The position numbers were made by a program, and so were the translations under genes. The notes under the pieces were generated by a model that worked only from the letters and a program-made list of their open reading frames with translations, was not told where the DNA came from and made no database searches. Source: Mobula hypostoma (lineage: Eukaryota). From it: DNA of 64,000 nucleotides. Location: the NCBI RefSeq assembly GCF_963921235.1, contig NC_086097.1:24616001-24680000 (forward strand), given 5' to 3'. Below, one piece after another: positions 12,410 through 24,399 of this stretch. How positions within the stretch are numbered: position 1 is the stretch's first letter; the number at the start of each line of letters is the position of its first letter.

Positions 12410-13205
12410 TGGAGCTGGAGAATGTCAGCAACTTTAAATTCCTCAATGTTGACATTTCAGAGGACCTGCCTTGGGCTCAGTACGCAAGTCCAATTACAGA
12501 GAAAGCTCGGCAGTGCCTCTACTTCCTTTGGAGTTGGCAAAGATTCAGCATGCCATCTAAAACTTTGATAAACTCCTTCAATGTGTGATTGAGAGTATAT
12601 TGACTGGCTGCATCACAGCCTGGTATGGAAACACCAATGCCCTTGAATAGAAAATCCAACAATAAGTCGTGGACATAGCCCAGTATGGGTAAAGCCCTCC
12701 TTACAATGAGCACATCAGTGTTATCACAGGAAAGCCCCATCCACCTTCCGGGACCCCTACCAGCGAGGCTATGCTCTCTTCTTGCTGCTGCCATCAGAAA
12801 GAAGGCACAGGAACTTTAGGATTCACACCACCAGGTTCAGAAACAATCCTTACACTTTAACCATCAGGCTCTTGAACCAAAGGGGATAACTTCACTAAAT
12901 TTTACTTGCCCCATCACTGAACTGTTTCCACAGCCTATGGATTCACTTTCAAAGACTCTTCATCTCATGTTCTTGATGCTTACTGCTTATTTATTTTATT
13001 ATTATTATTATTATTATTATTTCTTTCTTTTTGTACTTGCATAGTTTTTTATCTTTTGCATACTGATTGTACTCCCAGTTGGTGCAGACTTTCATTGATT
13101 CTATTATGGTTATTGGATTTATTGAGTATGTCAGCAAGAAGATCAATCTCAGAGTTGTATATGTTGACAATACGTACTTTGCTAATAAATTTACTTTGAA
13201 CTTTA
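12410..13205 (+). mobile_element. Rex1/Babar-type LINE 3' fragment
   Basis: ELENVSNFKFLNVDISEDLPW...KARQCLYF motif; 3'UTR ending aataaatttactttgaactttaaactt; (ATT)n at about 12997-13021. Confidence 0.8.
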
Positions 13206-13243
13206 AACTTTTGATGTCTATTAGGAGCCAATACACAGTTTTA

Positions 13244-13464
13244 GAAACGCAAGAAATTCTGCAAATACTGGAAATCCAGAGCAACCACACATAAAATGCT
13301 GGAGGAACTCAACAGGTCAGGCAGTATCGATAGAAATGAACAGTCAACATCTTGGGCCAACATGTACTGAAAAGGGGTCTCATCCCAAAACAGCAACTGC
13401 TTGTTCATTTCTATGGATGCTGCCTGACTTGCTGAGTTTCTCCAGCATTTTGTATTGTGTTGCT
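13244..13464. mobile_element. Two inverted Penelope-like terminal fragments inserted as one unit
   Basis: 10-bp TSD cacagtttta at 13234-13243 and 13465-13474; the two arms are imperfect reverse complements. Confidence 0.75.
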
Positions 13465-15201
13465 CACAGTTTTATAGTACTGTAGCAGTATTGGTAGATT
13501 TCTAAGTTGTTTCGTATTTCATTCAAATGCATAATTTGTAACTCAACTAAATATTAGGTTTGGGTTCTTTTATACCTTTTTACAATTTACAAGAAACTGC
13601 GGCTAATTAGGGCAGCTGCTTAATTGGGCCAAGACGTACAGGTCCCAATATGTCTCAATTAACCAGAATCCACAGTACTAAAAATACTGTTTCACATTAA
13701 ATTCCACAATTTTCTAAATTAATGTGGTACAAAGTCAAAGATCAGAGGTCAACTCTGATTGTCATCTGTGCTGTACATTGAAACATCAAAGCAAACAATG
13801 AAATGCGTCATTTGCATCAACAACCAACACAGTCTGGGAATGTGCAAGAGTCACGATGCTTGCCACGCCGACATAGCATGCCCACAGCTCACTGACTCTT
13901 TGGAATGTGGGAGGAAACCAGAGCTCCCGGAGGAGACCGATACGCTCGTAGGGAGAACGTGTAAACTGCTTACAGGCAGCATCGGGAATTGAACCACGAT
14001 CACGGTCACTGGTGCTGTAAAGCATTTGCACTAACGGCCACACTAGCACGCCACTACTGCTGCTTGTTCTATTGCTAATACTGTATGCCATTTCAGCCCA
14101 GAGCAAGTCCATGCCTTTGAGTTATTAGAGCATAAGAGGCAGGCTGTATCCCTGAAAACTCTGCTGTCTCAGTAAATGGGTTATGTTAGCAGAAGACAAA
14201 TCACAGTGCAAGTAAAAACACATTTGTCTGTTGGTGTTGGCTGTAGACGTTTCTAGGTCTCCTGCTTGAGCCTGTGTGTGTTTTTTTCCCATTGTTATAA
14301 ATAGATTTCAGGCTGTGTTCCACATCCATATAGGGAGGGAATCTCGCAGGGGAATTTCACAGACTTTCTGTGCTGGTGTAACACAAAGGGATGAATCATG
14401 TTGTTGAGAGCCATCGTGTCCAGGTCATCATGTTCCAGTCCACGGCACCTGCACATGGAAACACATGAAGCATCTTGCTCCACCATTTGGATCAGGAGTG
14501 TTCTGTAAGCTGTTGAGTTAAGAAGGCCTATGTGTTACCTGCCCACTCAGGTTCAAGCTGGTAACCTTGGCAACAACCAACCTGCTGGAGGAACTCAGGA
14601 GGTCAAGCAACGTCTGTGGGAGGAAAGCAAGTACCGATGTTCTAGGTTCAGGACTCTTTTCCTCCCACAGGTGCTACTCGAACCATGGAGTTTCTCTAGC
14701 AGATTTCTTGTTGCTTCAGATTCCAGCATCTGCAGCCTTTTGTGTCTCCATGGATAAACTTTGACATTCATCTGAACGGGCTTGGTAGCATTTATTAAAC
14801 TAGTAAGCTTTCTTCATTTTTGTACAGTTATGCACATCTGCTCTCACTCCATCCTCCCGCTACCCCACTAGGAATAGGGTTCCCCTGGTCCTCACCTACC
14901 ACCCCACCAGCCTCCGGGTCCAACATATTATTCTCCGTAACTTCTGTCACCTCCAAAGGGATCCCACCACTAAGCACATTTTTCCCTCCCCCCTTCTTTC
15001 TGCTTTCTGCAGGGATCGCTCCCTATGCGACTCCCTTGTCCATTCGTCCCCCCCCATCCTCCCACTGATCTCCCTCCTGGCACTTATCTGTGTAAGCAGA
15101 ACAAGTGCTACACATGCCCTTACACTTCCTCCCTCACCACCATTCAGGGCCCCAGACAATCCTTCCAGGTGAGGTGACACGTCACCTGTGAGTCCGCTGG
15201 C

Positions 15202-15495
15202 GTGATATACTGCGTGCAGTGCTCCCGATGCGGGCTTCTATATATTGGCGAGACCCCACGCAGACTGGGAGACCATTTCGCTGAACACCTATGCTCTGAC
15301 CGCCGGAGAAAGCAGGATCTCCCAGTGGCCACACATTTTAATTCCACATCCCATTCCCATTCTGACATGTCTATCCACGGCCTCCTCTACTGTCAAGATG
15401 AAGCCACACTCAGGTTGGAGGAACAACACCTTATATTCCGTCTGGGTAGCCTCCAACCTGATGGCATGAACATCGACTTCTCTAACTTCCGCTAA
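15202..15495 (+). pseudogene. GIY-YIG endonuclease domain (C-terminus of Penelope-like ORF)
   Basis: VIYCVQCSRCGLLYIGETPRRLGDHFAEH...LEEQHLIFRLGSLQPDGMN: IY-x9-YIG, Arg, EH, Glu and Asn motifs of PLE GIY-YIG. Confidence 0.9.
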
Positions 15496-15800
15496 TGCCC
15501 CACCTCCCCCTCGTACCCCATCTATTATTTATTTATCTTTTATTATTATTAATTTTTTTCTCTCTCTCCTTTTTCTCCCTCTGTCCCTCTCACTACACTC
15601 CTTACCCATCCTCTGGGCTTCCCCCTCCCCCTTTCTTTCTCCCTAGGCCTCCCGTCTGTCCTATGACCCTCTCATATCCCTTTTGCCAATCAACTGTCCA
15701 GCTCCTGGCTCCATCCCTTCCCCTCCTGTCTTCTTCTGTCATTTCGGATCTCCCCCTCCCCCTACCACTTTCAAATCTCTTACTATCTCTTCTTTCAGTT

Positions 15801-15836
15801 AGTCCTGATGAAGGGTCCCGGTCCGAAACGTCGACT
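15801..15836 (+). ncRNA. Minimal type I hammerhead ribozyme motif (Penelope-associated)
   Basis: AGUC-CUGAUGA-A-GGGUCCCGGUCC-GAAAC-GUC-GACU: stem I AGUC/GACU, core boxes, palindromic ACGU stem III, GUC cleavage triplet. Confidence 0.7.
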
Positions 15837-16009
15837 GTACCTCTTCCTATGGATGCTGACTGGCCTGCTGCGTTCACCAGCAATTTTTATGTGTGTTGCT
15901 TGAAATTCCAGCATCTGCAGATTTCCTCGTGTGTGGCTTGTTATTTTGCTCATTTTTAAGTGCTTTGCTTCAGTTCTTTCTACATGTTTCTTGACTGTGA
16001 GAAGTGATT

Positions 16010-16760
16010 GACAACAAGCAGAAAATACTGGAGGAACACAACAAGTCAGGCAGCATCTGTGGAGAGGAATAAAGAGTGAAAGTTTTGGGCTGGAAAGGAA
16101 GGGGGCAGGAGCCAGAATAAGAATGTTACGGGAAGGGATAGGGGTACAAGATGCGGGTAATTGGGGAGCCCAGGTGATGGTGGGGGAGGAGGGATGGAGT
16201 AAGAAGCTGGGAGGTGATAGGTAAAGGGCTGAAGAAGAAGGAATCTGACAGAAGAAGATAGTTGACCTTAGAAGGAGGAGGGGAAACAGGCAGAGGTGAT
16301 GGACAGGTGAGGAGAAGAAAATAGGTGAGAGGGAACCATAATGGGGAGAGAGAAGGAAGGACAGGGGGAAAGATTATTAGAAGTTGGAGAAATTAATGTT
16401 AATGCCAGCAGGTTGGAGGTTACCAGATGGAAAATGAGGTGTTGCTTATCTATCCTGAGTTGCCCTCATTATAGTAGTAGAGGAGGCCATGGATAGACAT
16501 GTCAGAATGGGAATGGGAAGTCAAATTGAAATGGTGGCCACTGCAAAATCCTGCGAGATCGAGCTCAACAAAGCAGTCACCCAATCTGTGTTGGGTCTCA
16601 CCAATGCAGAGGAAGCCTCACTGGGAACACTGGATACAGTAATAACTCCAATGGACTCACAGGGGAGGTGCTGACTCACCTGGAAGGGCTATTTTGGGGC
16701 CCAGAATAGTGGTGAGGGGGGAGGTGCAGAAGCAAGTGTAGGAATTGTCACGCTTGCGGG
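16010..16760 (-). mobile_element. Older Penelope-like element remnant
   Basis: Degenerate homolog of 14835-15935 on the opposite strand. Confidence 0.7.
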
Positions 16761-17319
16761 GATGAAGTGTTTGACAGCTTCCTCAGAAGGCCAGTAGAGT
16801 TGGTACTACCTGGGAGCCACGCATCTCTCTCCAGAGCCTAGCTCACCTTGTGGTGGGAAAGCATCAATGCCACTGTGGGGTCTTGCAACCACAGGAGATG
16901 GGCACAGACAAGCGATTAGAGTCATGGAGTCATACAAAGGGAAGCGGGCCATTTGGCCCGACTGAGATTCACATCTAAGCCAGTCCCAACTGGCCTCAAT
17001 CCCTCTAAATGTGGGGTGGAGCAGTACCATCGTGGTTAGCGCAGTTGCTTTACAGCACTAGTGATCACAGATTGGGGTATGATTCTTGCTGCTCTCTGTA
17101 CGTATGGAGTTTGTATGCTCTCCCAATGTATGTGTGGGTGTCCTTCAAAAATCCAGCGGCAGAGTTGGCGGGTTGTGGGCACTAGGAGTGTGTCAGATTA
17201 GCATGCCCACTTGCGGGCTGCCCCCAGTGGCCAGTGTTGGTCATTGACACAAACCAATGCATTTCACTGTATGTTTTGAGGTACAAGTGACAAATGAAAC
17301 AAATCTTTCTTTCTTTCCT

Positions 17320-18370
17320 GTCCAAGCACCCTTTGAATGTTATTAAGGTACTTACCTCAATCACTTTCTCTGGGAGTTCATTCCATGTACTAAGCACCCT
17401 CTGTGGCGAAAAGTTGCCCCTCAGATTCCCCTCTCACCTTAAACCAGTGCCCTCTAGTTCCTGATTCCCCAGCCCTGGGAAAAGACTGTGCACATTCACC
17501 CAGTTTTATCACTTTATACACTTCTCTAAGAACACTCCTCAGTCACCGCTGGTCCGATTAATAAAGTCCTCATCTGCCCAGCCTCTCTTTTTAACTCTTC
17601 ATGAATCTTCTCTGCACTCTTCCCAAATTAATGGCATCCTTTCTATAGTTGTGTGCCCAAAACCAAGCACAATTTTCCAAAACGTGGCCTCACCAAATGC
17701 AACATAACATCTCAGATTCTGTACTCAGTGTCCTGACCGGTAAAGGCCAACATGACAAAAATCTTCTACACCATCCTGTCCATCTGTTATCCACTTCCAG
17801 GGAGCCATGTACTTGTGCTCCTCGTTCTGTCTGTGCGACAACACTCCCCGAGGCTCCATCATTATCAGCATTATTATGTGCCATGTCATATGACGTGGAC
17901 AATCACAGTTTTCCATGTCTTTATTGTCTGTGGGGAAAACCCCTTTCACACTGTTGTTCTTATTCTTTTCGCTATCCATGACCACGATTGCTCTTGGCAA
18001 AATTTTCTACAGAAGTGGTTTGCCATTGTCTTCTTCTGGACAGTGTTTTTACAAGACAGATGACCCCAGCCTTTGCCTTGCACCAATGTTCACAGAATCA
18101 TAACTTGTGATATGCACCAGCTGCTTATGCGAACATCCACCACCCGCTCCCATGGCCTTACGTGACCCTGAACGGGGTGGGAAGGGGGATTAAGCAGGTG
18201 TTACACCTTGCCCATGGGTAACCTACAGGCTAGTGGAGGGAAGGAGCACCTTCCACTTCCTTTGGTAGAGATGTATCTCCACCCCACCACCCTCAGGCCC
18301 TACCATTTACTGTAAAAGTCATTTGTCATTCCCTCGACTGTCTTTCCTATAGACAACACCTTGCACTTAT
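17320..18370 (-). mobile_element. Decayed CR1 fragment interrupted by a non-autonomous RTE-like element (about 17857-18292, minus)
   Basis: WNELPEKVIE and RGAQVHGSLEV remnants; the insert has an (atg)n-type tail and matches 58308-58396 plus 59213-59535. Confidence 0.65.
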
Positions 18371-19479
18371 CCAAGTCCACTGGGGAAGTGGAAGGCACAA
18401 TGTCTGCATATCCCCGAGTCCTTTGGAGCCTGGTGGCGGAAGAAGATAGACTGTCCTGGCTTAGAGGACTGCGCATGTGGGTGGGTGGGAGGGAGGGAGG
18501 AATGGGGCTTGTTTTGCTGTCATTGTTTTGTTGCTTGGTATCTTCAGATTTGTTGCATTTTATATTGTTCTGCCGGGCATTGTGAGCACACTATTTTGGC
18601 GACAATTGCAGACTGCCTCGGGTGTGTTGGTAGTTAATGCTGATGATGCATTTTACTTAATGTTTCGATGTACGTATGATAAATAAGTGAATCTGAATTA
18701 AACTCCATTTGCCAATCAAGGCTAGAGGGAGTGTGACTGGTTGGAGGACGTGCCTCTGGGCCACAGGATGGGTCATAGAATCAGAGAGTCACAGAGCACA
18801 GAAACAGTCCATTCAGCCCACCCTGTTCTTATTGACCATCATGTTCCTGTCTATAGTTATCCAATTTTACCGGCACGTAGACCATTGCCTGCTGTTCTTG
18901 ACGGTTCAAGAACTCATCCAGATGTTCCATTAAATGAGCCTTGTTGCAATTGGATCCATTAGACTGAGCTCTGGAGAGGTTAACGTAAGACAACCTTCTT
19001 TTTTAAAGATAAAGATTGGCTTTATTTGTCATAGATAAATGGAAACATAGAGTAAAATGCATCATTTGCATCTACGACCAACACAATCTGAGGATATGCT
19101 CGGGGCAGCCCACAAGTGTCGCCGTGTTACTGATGCCAACATACGTAGTGTGCGCACAACTTACTAACCCTAACACTCATGTCTTTGGACTGTGGTGAGA
19201 AACCGGAGCATCGGAAGGAAACCCAGACAGCAGTGGGAAGTGAATCCAGGTCGCTGGCACTGTAAAGCGTTCCACTGACCATTACACTGCTGTGCCACGT
19301 GTCCCAGACGAGTAAAGGGGGTAAGTGCCAGAGGGGTCCTGGATTTGTGTGGAGCTGCATTATGTGTTAATATTGGCCACTGTGCTACAGTTCAATGAAG
19401 TGAGATCGATGTGACGGCGATACAACTCATTTGCAAAGTTATTAAGAATTCCTGTCAGCCCAACGCAGCAGGAAGCACT

Positions 19480-19640
19480 CAGTGACTAAAAGCTGTTGAT
19501 TCAAGTCGTGCTTCAGACGTCAGTGAGAAGATTTGAGGCTGACACTTCATTGCAGCACTCAGGGAGCATCAAAGGATCCCTCGGCTCCACATCAGTGAAA
19601 TAGAGGGAATTCTTTCACTTTGCTGTGCCCAGTATCGTTT
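19480..19640 (+). mobile_element. Ancient Deu-domain SINE remnant (SacSINE1/AmnSINE1-like); other pieces at about 35770-36030 and 58110-58200
   Basis: gaggctgacacttcattgcagcactcagggag and aaaggatccc; elsewhere ctgtcttttggatgagatattaaa and tttgtgggagcttactctgcataaattg; matched to recalled consensus motifs only. Confidence 0.45.
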
Positions 19641-19983
19641 TGCACCAGCTAACATCAGATAGAGTCACAGAGTCGTACAACAGGGAATGTCACTAACCCT
19701 GACTCTGATCTGTCGAGGACCATGTGATGGCTGCCCATGCATCAGTCTCTCTCCATTCAGCAAATTCATGCAGAGGCTTTCGCAGTTAAGGGATTAACCC
19801 CTTAGGAGAACATCATACTCAACTCAAGTGATCACACTACAACAGGGAATCAGGCCCTTCAGCCCATTGAGCTGGAACTGACCACACTTTTATACTAACC
19901 CCGCACTAATCCTATTGTAAGCAACACACCTAAGAGTTGCTGGTGAATGCAGCAGGCCAGGCAGCATCTCGAGGAAGAGGTAC

Positions 19984-20019
19984 AGTCGACGTTTCGGGCC
20001 GGGACCCTTCGTCAGGACT
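19984..20019 (-). ncRNA. Minimal hammerhead ribozyme motif within a ~100-bp solo Penelope terminal fragment (19921-20020)
   Basis: Minus strand AGUC-CUGACGA-A-GGGU-CCCG-GCCC-GAAAC-GUC-GACU; best-paired copy in the window. Confidence 0.75.
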
Positions 20020-20969
20020 CCCCGTTTTCCCATCTACTGCACCAACATCTAGATTCGACCACTCACCAGCACACAGGTCGCAATTTACAGTGCCAGTTAA
20101 CCTACCAACTCACACATCTTTGTTATAAAGAAAACCAGAACAAACAATGGGTTTACAGTAAATGGCAGGGTCCTGGAGAGCGTCTTAGAGCAGAAAGAGA
20201 TCGAGGGGTACAGGTACAGGGTTCCTGAAAGAGGCAGTATAGTGGTGAAGAACGCATTTGGTTTGCTTGGCTCCATTGGTCAGGGCACTGAGCACAGGAT
20301 TTGGGACATCAGTTACAAGTCAGTGGTGAGACCACACCTGGAGTATTGACTGAAGATTAAAAATTAAAAGATTGGTCCTGCTGAAGGGTTTTGGCCCGAA
20401 ACGCCGACTGTACTCTTTTCCATAGATGCTACCTGGCCTGCTGAGTTCCTCCAGCAGTTTTTGTGTGTTGATAAGATGTAGAAGCAGGATTTGGCCATTT
20501 GGCCTATCGAGTATACCCCATCATTATATCATAGCTGATCCATTTTACCTCTCAGCCTCAATCTCCTTTCTCCCCATATCACTTCATGCCCAGACTAATC
20601 AAGTATCTATCAACCTCTGCCTTAAATAAACCCAATGACTTGGCCTCTTTAGCCTCTTTTAGCAACAAATTCCACAGATTCACCACTCTAACTCAAGAAA
20701 TTCCTCTCATCACTTTTCTAAAGGGATAACCTTGTATTTTGGTCTGCAACACAGACCAAAGATATGCTTGGGGCAGCCGACAAGTGTCACCTTGCTTCCG
20801 GCCCCAACATCCACAAATTACACTTTGGAATGTGGAGGGAAACCAGAGCACCCAGAGGAAACTCACGGAGTCATGGGAGAATGTAAAAATTCCCTACAGA
20901 CAGCAGCGGGATTTGAACCCCAGTCTCTGATCACTGGTGCAGTAAAGCGTTACACTAACAGCTAACAGT

Positions 20970-21635
20970 TGTGCAGCTGTGGTTGCTCAGCTATAGGAAG
21001 GATGCCATGAAATACTTATATATGGAAAGGGCACAGGAAAGATTAATGAAGACTAGTACTAGAGGGCTTGAATTACAAGGAGAGGCTAAACAGGTAGGGA
21101 TTTTATTCCCTGCAATGCAGGAGACTAAGGCTTATAAAACTCTTCAGGGTGACCATAAAATGGGTATCCAAACTCTTTCCCAGGGTAGGGTATTCTAAAA
21201 CTAGAGGGCATAGTTTAAGGTGAGAGGGGCAACATTTTTCATATAAGAGCATGGTGGGTATGAAGAGCTACCTGGCAGAGGAAGTGGTAGAGGTGGGTGC
21301 AACAGCATTGGGAGAGTTACATGGATAGAGAGGATGTTTCCAATAATGTGAGAGCATCAGGTCAAAGGGCACAGCCTCAGACTACAAGAGCATCCCTTTA
21401 GAATGGAGATCTGCAAGAATTTCTTTACCGAGATGGTGGTGAATCTGTGGAATTTATTAGATAGATTTAAAGTGGAGGTTGATAAGTTCTTGATTAGCAA
21501 GGGTGTCAAGGGCAATGGGTAGAAGGCAGGAGAATGGGGTTGAGAGGGAAAATAATCCAGCCATGATCGAATCGTGTAGCAGATTTGATGATCCGAGTGG
21601 CCTAAATCTGCACCTCTGTCTTATGGTCTTATTGG
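20970..21635 (+). mobile_element. Decayed CR1 3' fragments (two tandem pieces)
   Basis: VQLWLLSYRKD...ERAQERL remnant; 3' tail tcttatggtctt. Confidence 0.7.
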
Positions 21636-22323
21636 TGGATAGGATAGCATGGGCATTTGGCCAAGGCATTAGACTGAGAGTCCTGTCTGCCTGGGCAGAC
21701 GGCGGTTCAAAGTAAATTTATTATCTAAGTATATATATGTCATCATACACTATCCTGAGATTCATTTTCTTGCAGGCGTTCTCAGTAAACACAAAGAAAC
21801 ACAATAGAATCAATGAAAATCTGCGCACACAAAGATGGACAAACAACCAATATGCAAAATACAACAAACTTTGCAAGTACGAAGAGAGACAAGAAAGAAA
21901 CAAGTTCAAGTATAGGCAGAGCACTTCACAGCACCTGCGGTCATTGATCAGAGTTCGATTCCCACTGTTGTCTGTAAGGAATTTGTACATTCTCCCCAGA
22001 ACCGCATGTGTTTCCTCCACGTGCTCGGGCTTCTGCGCACACTCCTAAGACTTTCCGGTTAGGTTTAAGGCTAGTGAGTTGAGGACGTGAAGCACTGCGA
22101 CGCTTGCGGGCTGGCCCCATCACAATCCTCACTCAGCTGATTGGTGCATTTCACTGTTTGTTTTGATGCGCCTGTGACAATTAAAGTTAATCTGAATCTG
22201 TAATGGTTTTGTGACATGAATATCAATATGCACTCAGTGGCCAATTTATTATATTGTATTTCTTTGCTCTGTTTTAAATGCCTGCAAGAAAATGAATCTC
22301 TGGATAGTACATGGTGACATATA

Positions 22324-22863
22324 CACTCAATGGCCACTTTAATAGATACATCTGCACAGCTGCTCGTTAATGCAAATATCTAATCAGCCAATCATGTGGC
22401 AGCAACTCAATGCATAAAAGCATGCAGACATGGTCAAGAGGTGCAGTTGTTGTTCAGACCGTACCTCAGAATGTGGAAGAAATATGATCGAAGTGGAATG
22501 ATTGCTGGTGCCAGATGGGGTGGTTTGAGAATCTCAGGAACTGCTGATCCCCGTGGATTTTAATGCACAACATTCTCTAGAGTTAACAGAGGATGGTGCA
22601 GGGAACATAAAACAGCCAGTGAGCAGCAGTTCTGTGGGCGAAGACACCTTCTTAATGCGAGAGATCAGAAGAGAAGGCCTGACTAGTTCAAGCTGACAGG
22701 AAGGCGACAATAACTCACATGACCACACATTACAACAGTAATATGCAGAAGAGCCCATTGAACCATGAAGTGGATGGGCTACAGAGGCAGGAGACCACAA
22801 ACATGTACTCGGTTGCCACTTTATTAGGGATAGGAGGTACCCAATAAAGTGGCCGTCGAGTGT
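22324..22863. mobile_element. Internally deleted Tc1-like element; partial relative at about 60660-60955
   Basis: TIRs ta|cactcaatggccactttaat and aataaagtggccgtcgagtg; internal transposase N-terminal remnants (cagtgagcagcagttctgtgggcgaa...gttcaagctgacaggaag). Confidence 0.7.
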
Positions 22864-24048
22864 GTACATGCTGTCATCCCACATTCTTCTGCTTGACTTC
22901 TAATTTTTTCACTGAGATGGTGTTTGATTTCTTGAATATTGGTCCCAGCCTCTGGGTTAGCAGCTCAGTTACATGACATCTGTGCTCTCACACCCCTGCA
23001 GAAGACAACAGACCTTCACTGCAGGAGATGGTTTCTCCCAGATGCTTATTTACAAAAAAGGGTGGCGGAACCAGCAAATCACAGCAGAGGGTTAATAAGC
23101 AGCTTGTCAGTGAATTTGAAGTCTTGAGTACTTTCGGTGAACTCGTTCATTAAAACTCTCGTCTCTCCCTGACACTGGAGTGTCGGGTGACTTTACATAA
23201 TGTTCTTCACACTTGCCGTGCTGAATGTAAATTTGACAGCTTATTTCTGCATGAGTGATCCCATCTAAATGCCGTTCAGAACTGCTTAGCACCTCCACCC
23301 ACTCACTGCCCTTCCCCTTTAAGGACAAGTGTGTGAATGTTTGGAAAATTCCACAGAGATGTTCTGACTTTTGGGGAGTTCAAAACAGGGGTACTGAATG
23401 AGGCTCCTGAAACAGCTTGAATAACTTCACTCACCTCAACATTGAACTGATTCCACAGCCAATGGACTCCCTTTCAAGGACTCTCCAACTCATGTTCTCA
23501 ATATTATTTATTTACTTATTTATTTAGATTTTTTTTGTATTTGCACAGTTTGTCTTCTTTTGTACATTGTTTGTACAAATGCACCTGGTCTTTGTGTGTA
23601 GTTTTTCATTGATTCTATTGTATTTCTTTATTTTATTGTGAATGCCTGCAAGTAAAGGAATCTACTTTGATAATAAATTTACTTTAAACTTTGAATCTAG
23701 TGAGATGTTCAGGGAAGACTTGTTTTCCTGATGGGCATTGAGAATGTGGCACTTGCATTGATCAAGCAGGGGATGAAACCCTATTGTATTTAATATTTCA
23801 CTGGTATCGAGAAATATTGTAAATATGTTGTTTGATTAAGCATTCTTTGTTTAAATAATTCATTGTGGGTTATATATAATAATACATGAATGGCAAATGT
23901 CATCAGGCCATCATGTCATATGTACCAGCCTTTTTTCTTCAGAGCAGCACATTTTCTTTGTAAAAGGAAAGACGATCAGGTTTAATAAAGGCAGAATTCA
24001 TAAACAGTGAGAACCAGGTGATAATAATCATTCAGAAAAAGACCAGAA

Positions 24049-24399
24049 ATGGCTGGCTACATCAGAAAGATTGATACGCTTGATTACACAATAGATAACT
24101 GGATATTGTATACAGAAGGAATTGAGCAGTATTTTAAACCAAATGGAATATCCAATGAGAAGCGAGTGCCAATTTTGCTGAGTGTATTGAATTTAAAGGC
24201 ATACAGTTTGCTTAGAACTTTAATTGCTCCAATCAAGCTAGCCAAAATGATCCCTGCTGATCTGAAAGTAATGCAGGAACATTTAGAACTGATACCATGG
24301 TTGATTGCAAAATGGTTTAAGTTTCAAAAGCAGAATCAAAAGGAAGGGAAGTTCATTTCAGCATGCATGGCTGATTTGAAGAGGTTGTCAGTTCAGTAA
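24049..24399 (+). pseudogene. Gypsy gag N-terminal remnant
   Basis: MAGYIRKIDTLDYTIDNWILYTEGIEQYFKPNGI...KRVPILLSV...KAYSLLRTL, typical of Mag-type gag. Confidence 0.75.

Larger units (their letters stand above)
11604..13675. mobile_element. Non-autonomous Tc1/mariner-superfamily (Tigger/pogo-like) DNA element carrying three nested insertions
   Basis: TIRs cagcggattccagttaattggg (11604) and caattaaccagaatccacag|ta (13675); internal sequence resumes after each insertion. Confidence 0.7.
14835..15935 (+). mobile_element. Penelope-like retroelement, 5'-truncated
   Basis: Cys-rich linker plus GIY-YIG domain, pyrimidine-rich 3' region and terminal repeat with hammerhead motif. Confidence 0.9.

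Noticed and set aside
20374..20409. Functional hammerhead
   Set aside because: Core mutated (CUGCUGA, and GCC instead of GUC); counted only as a decayed copy
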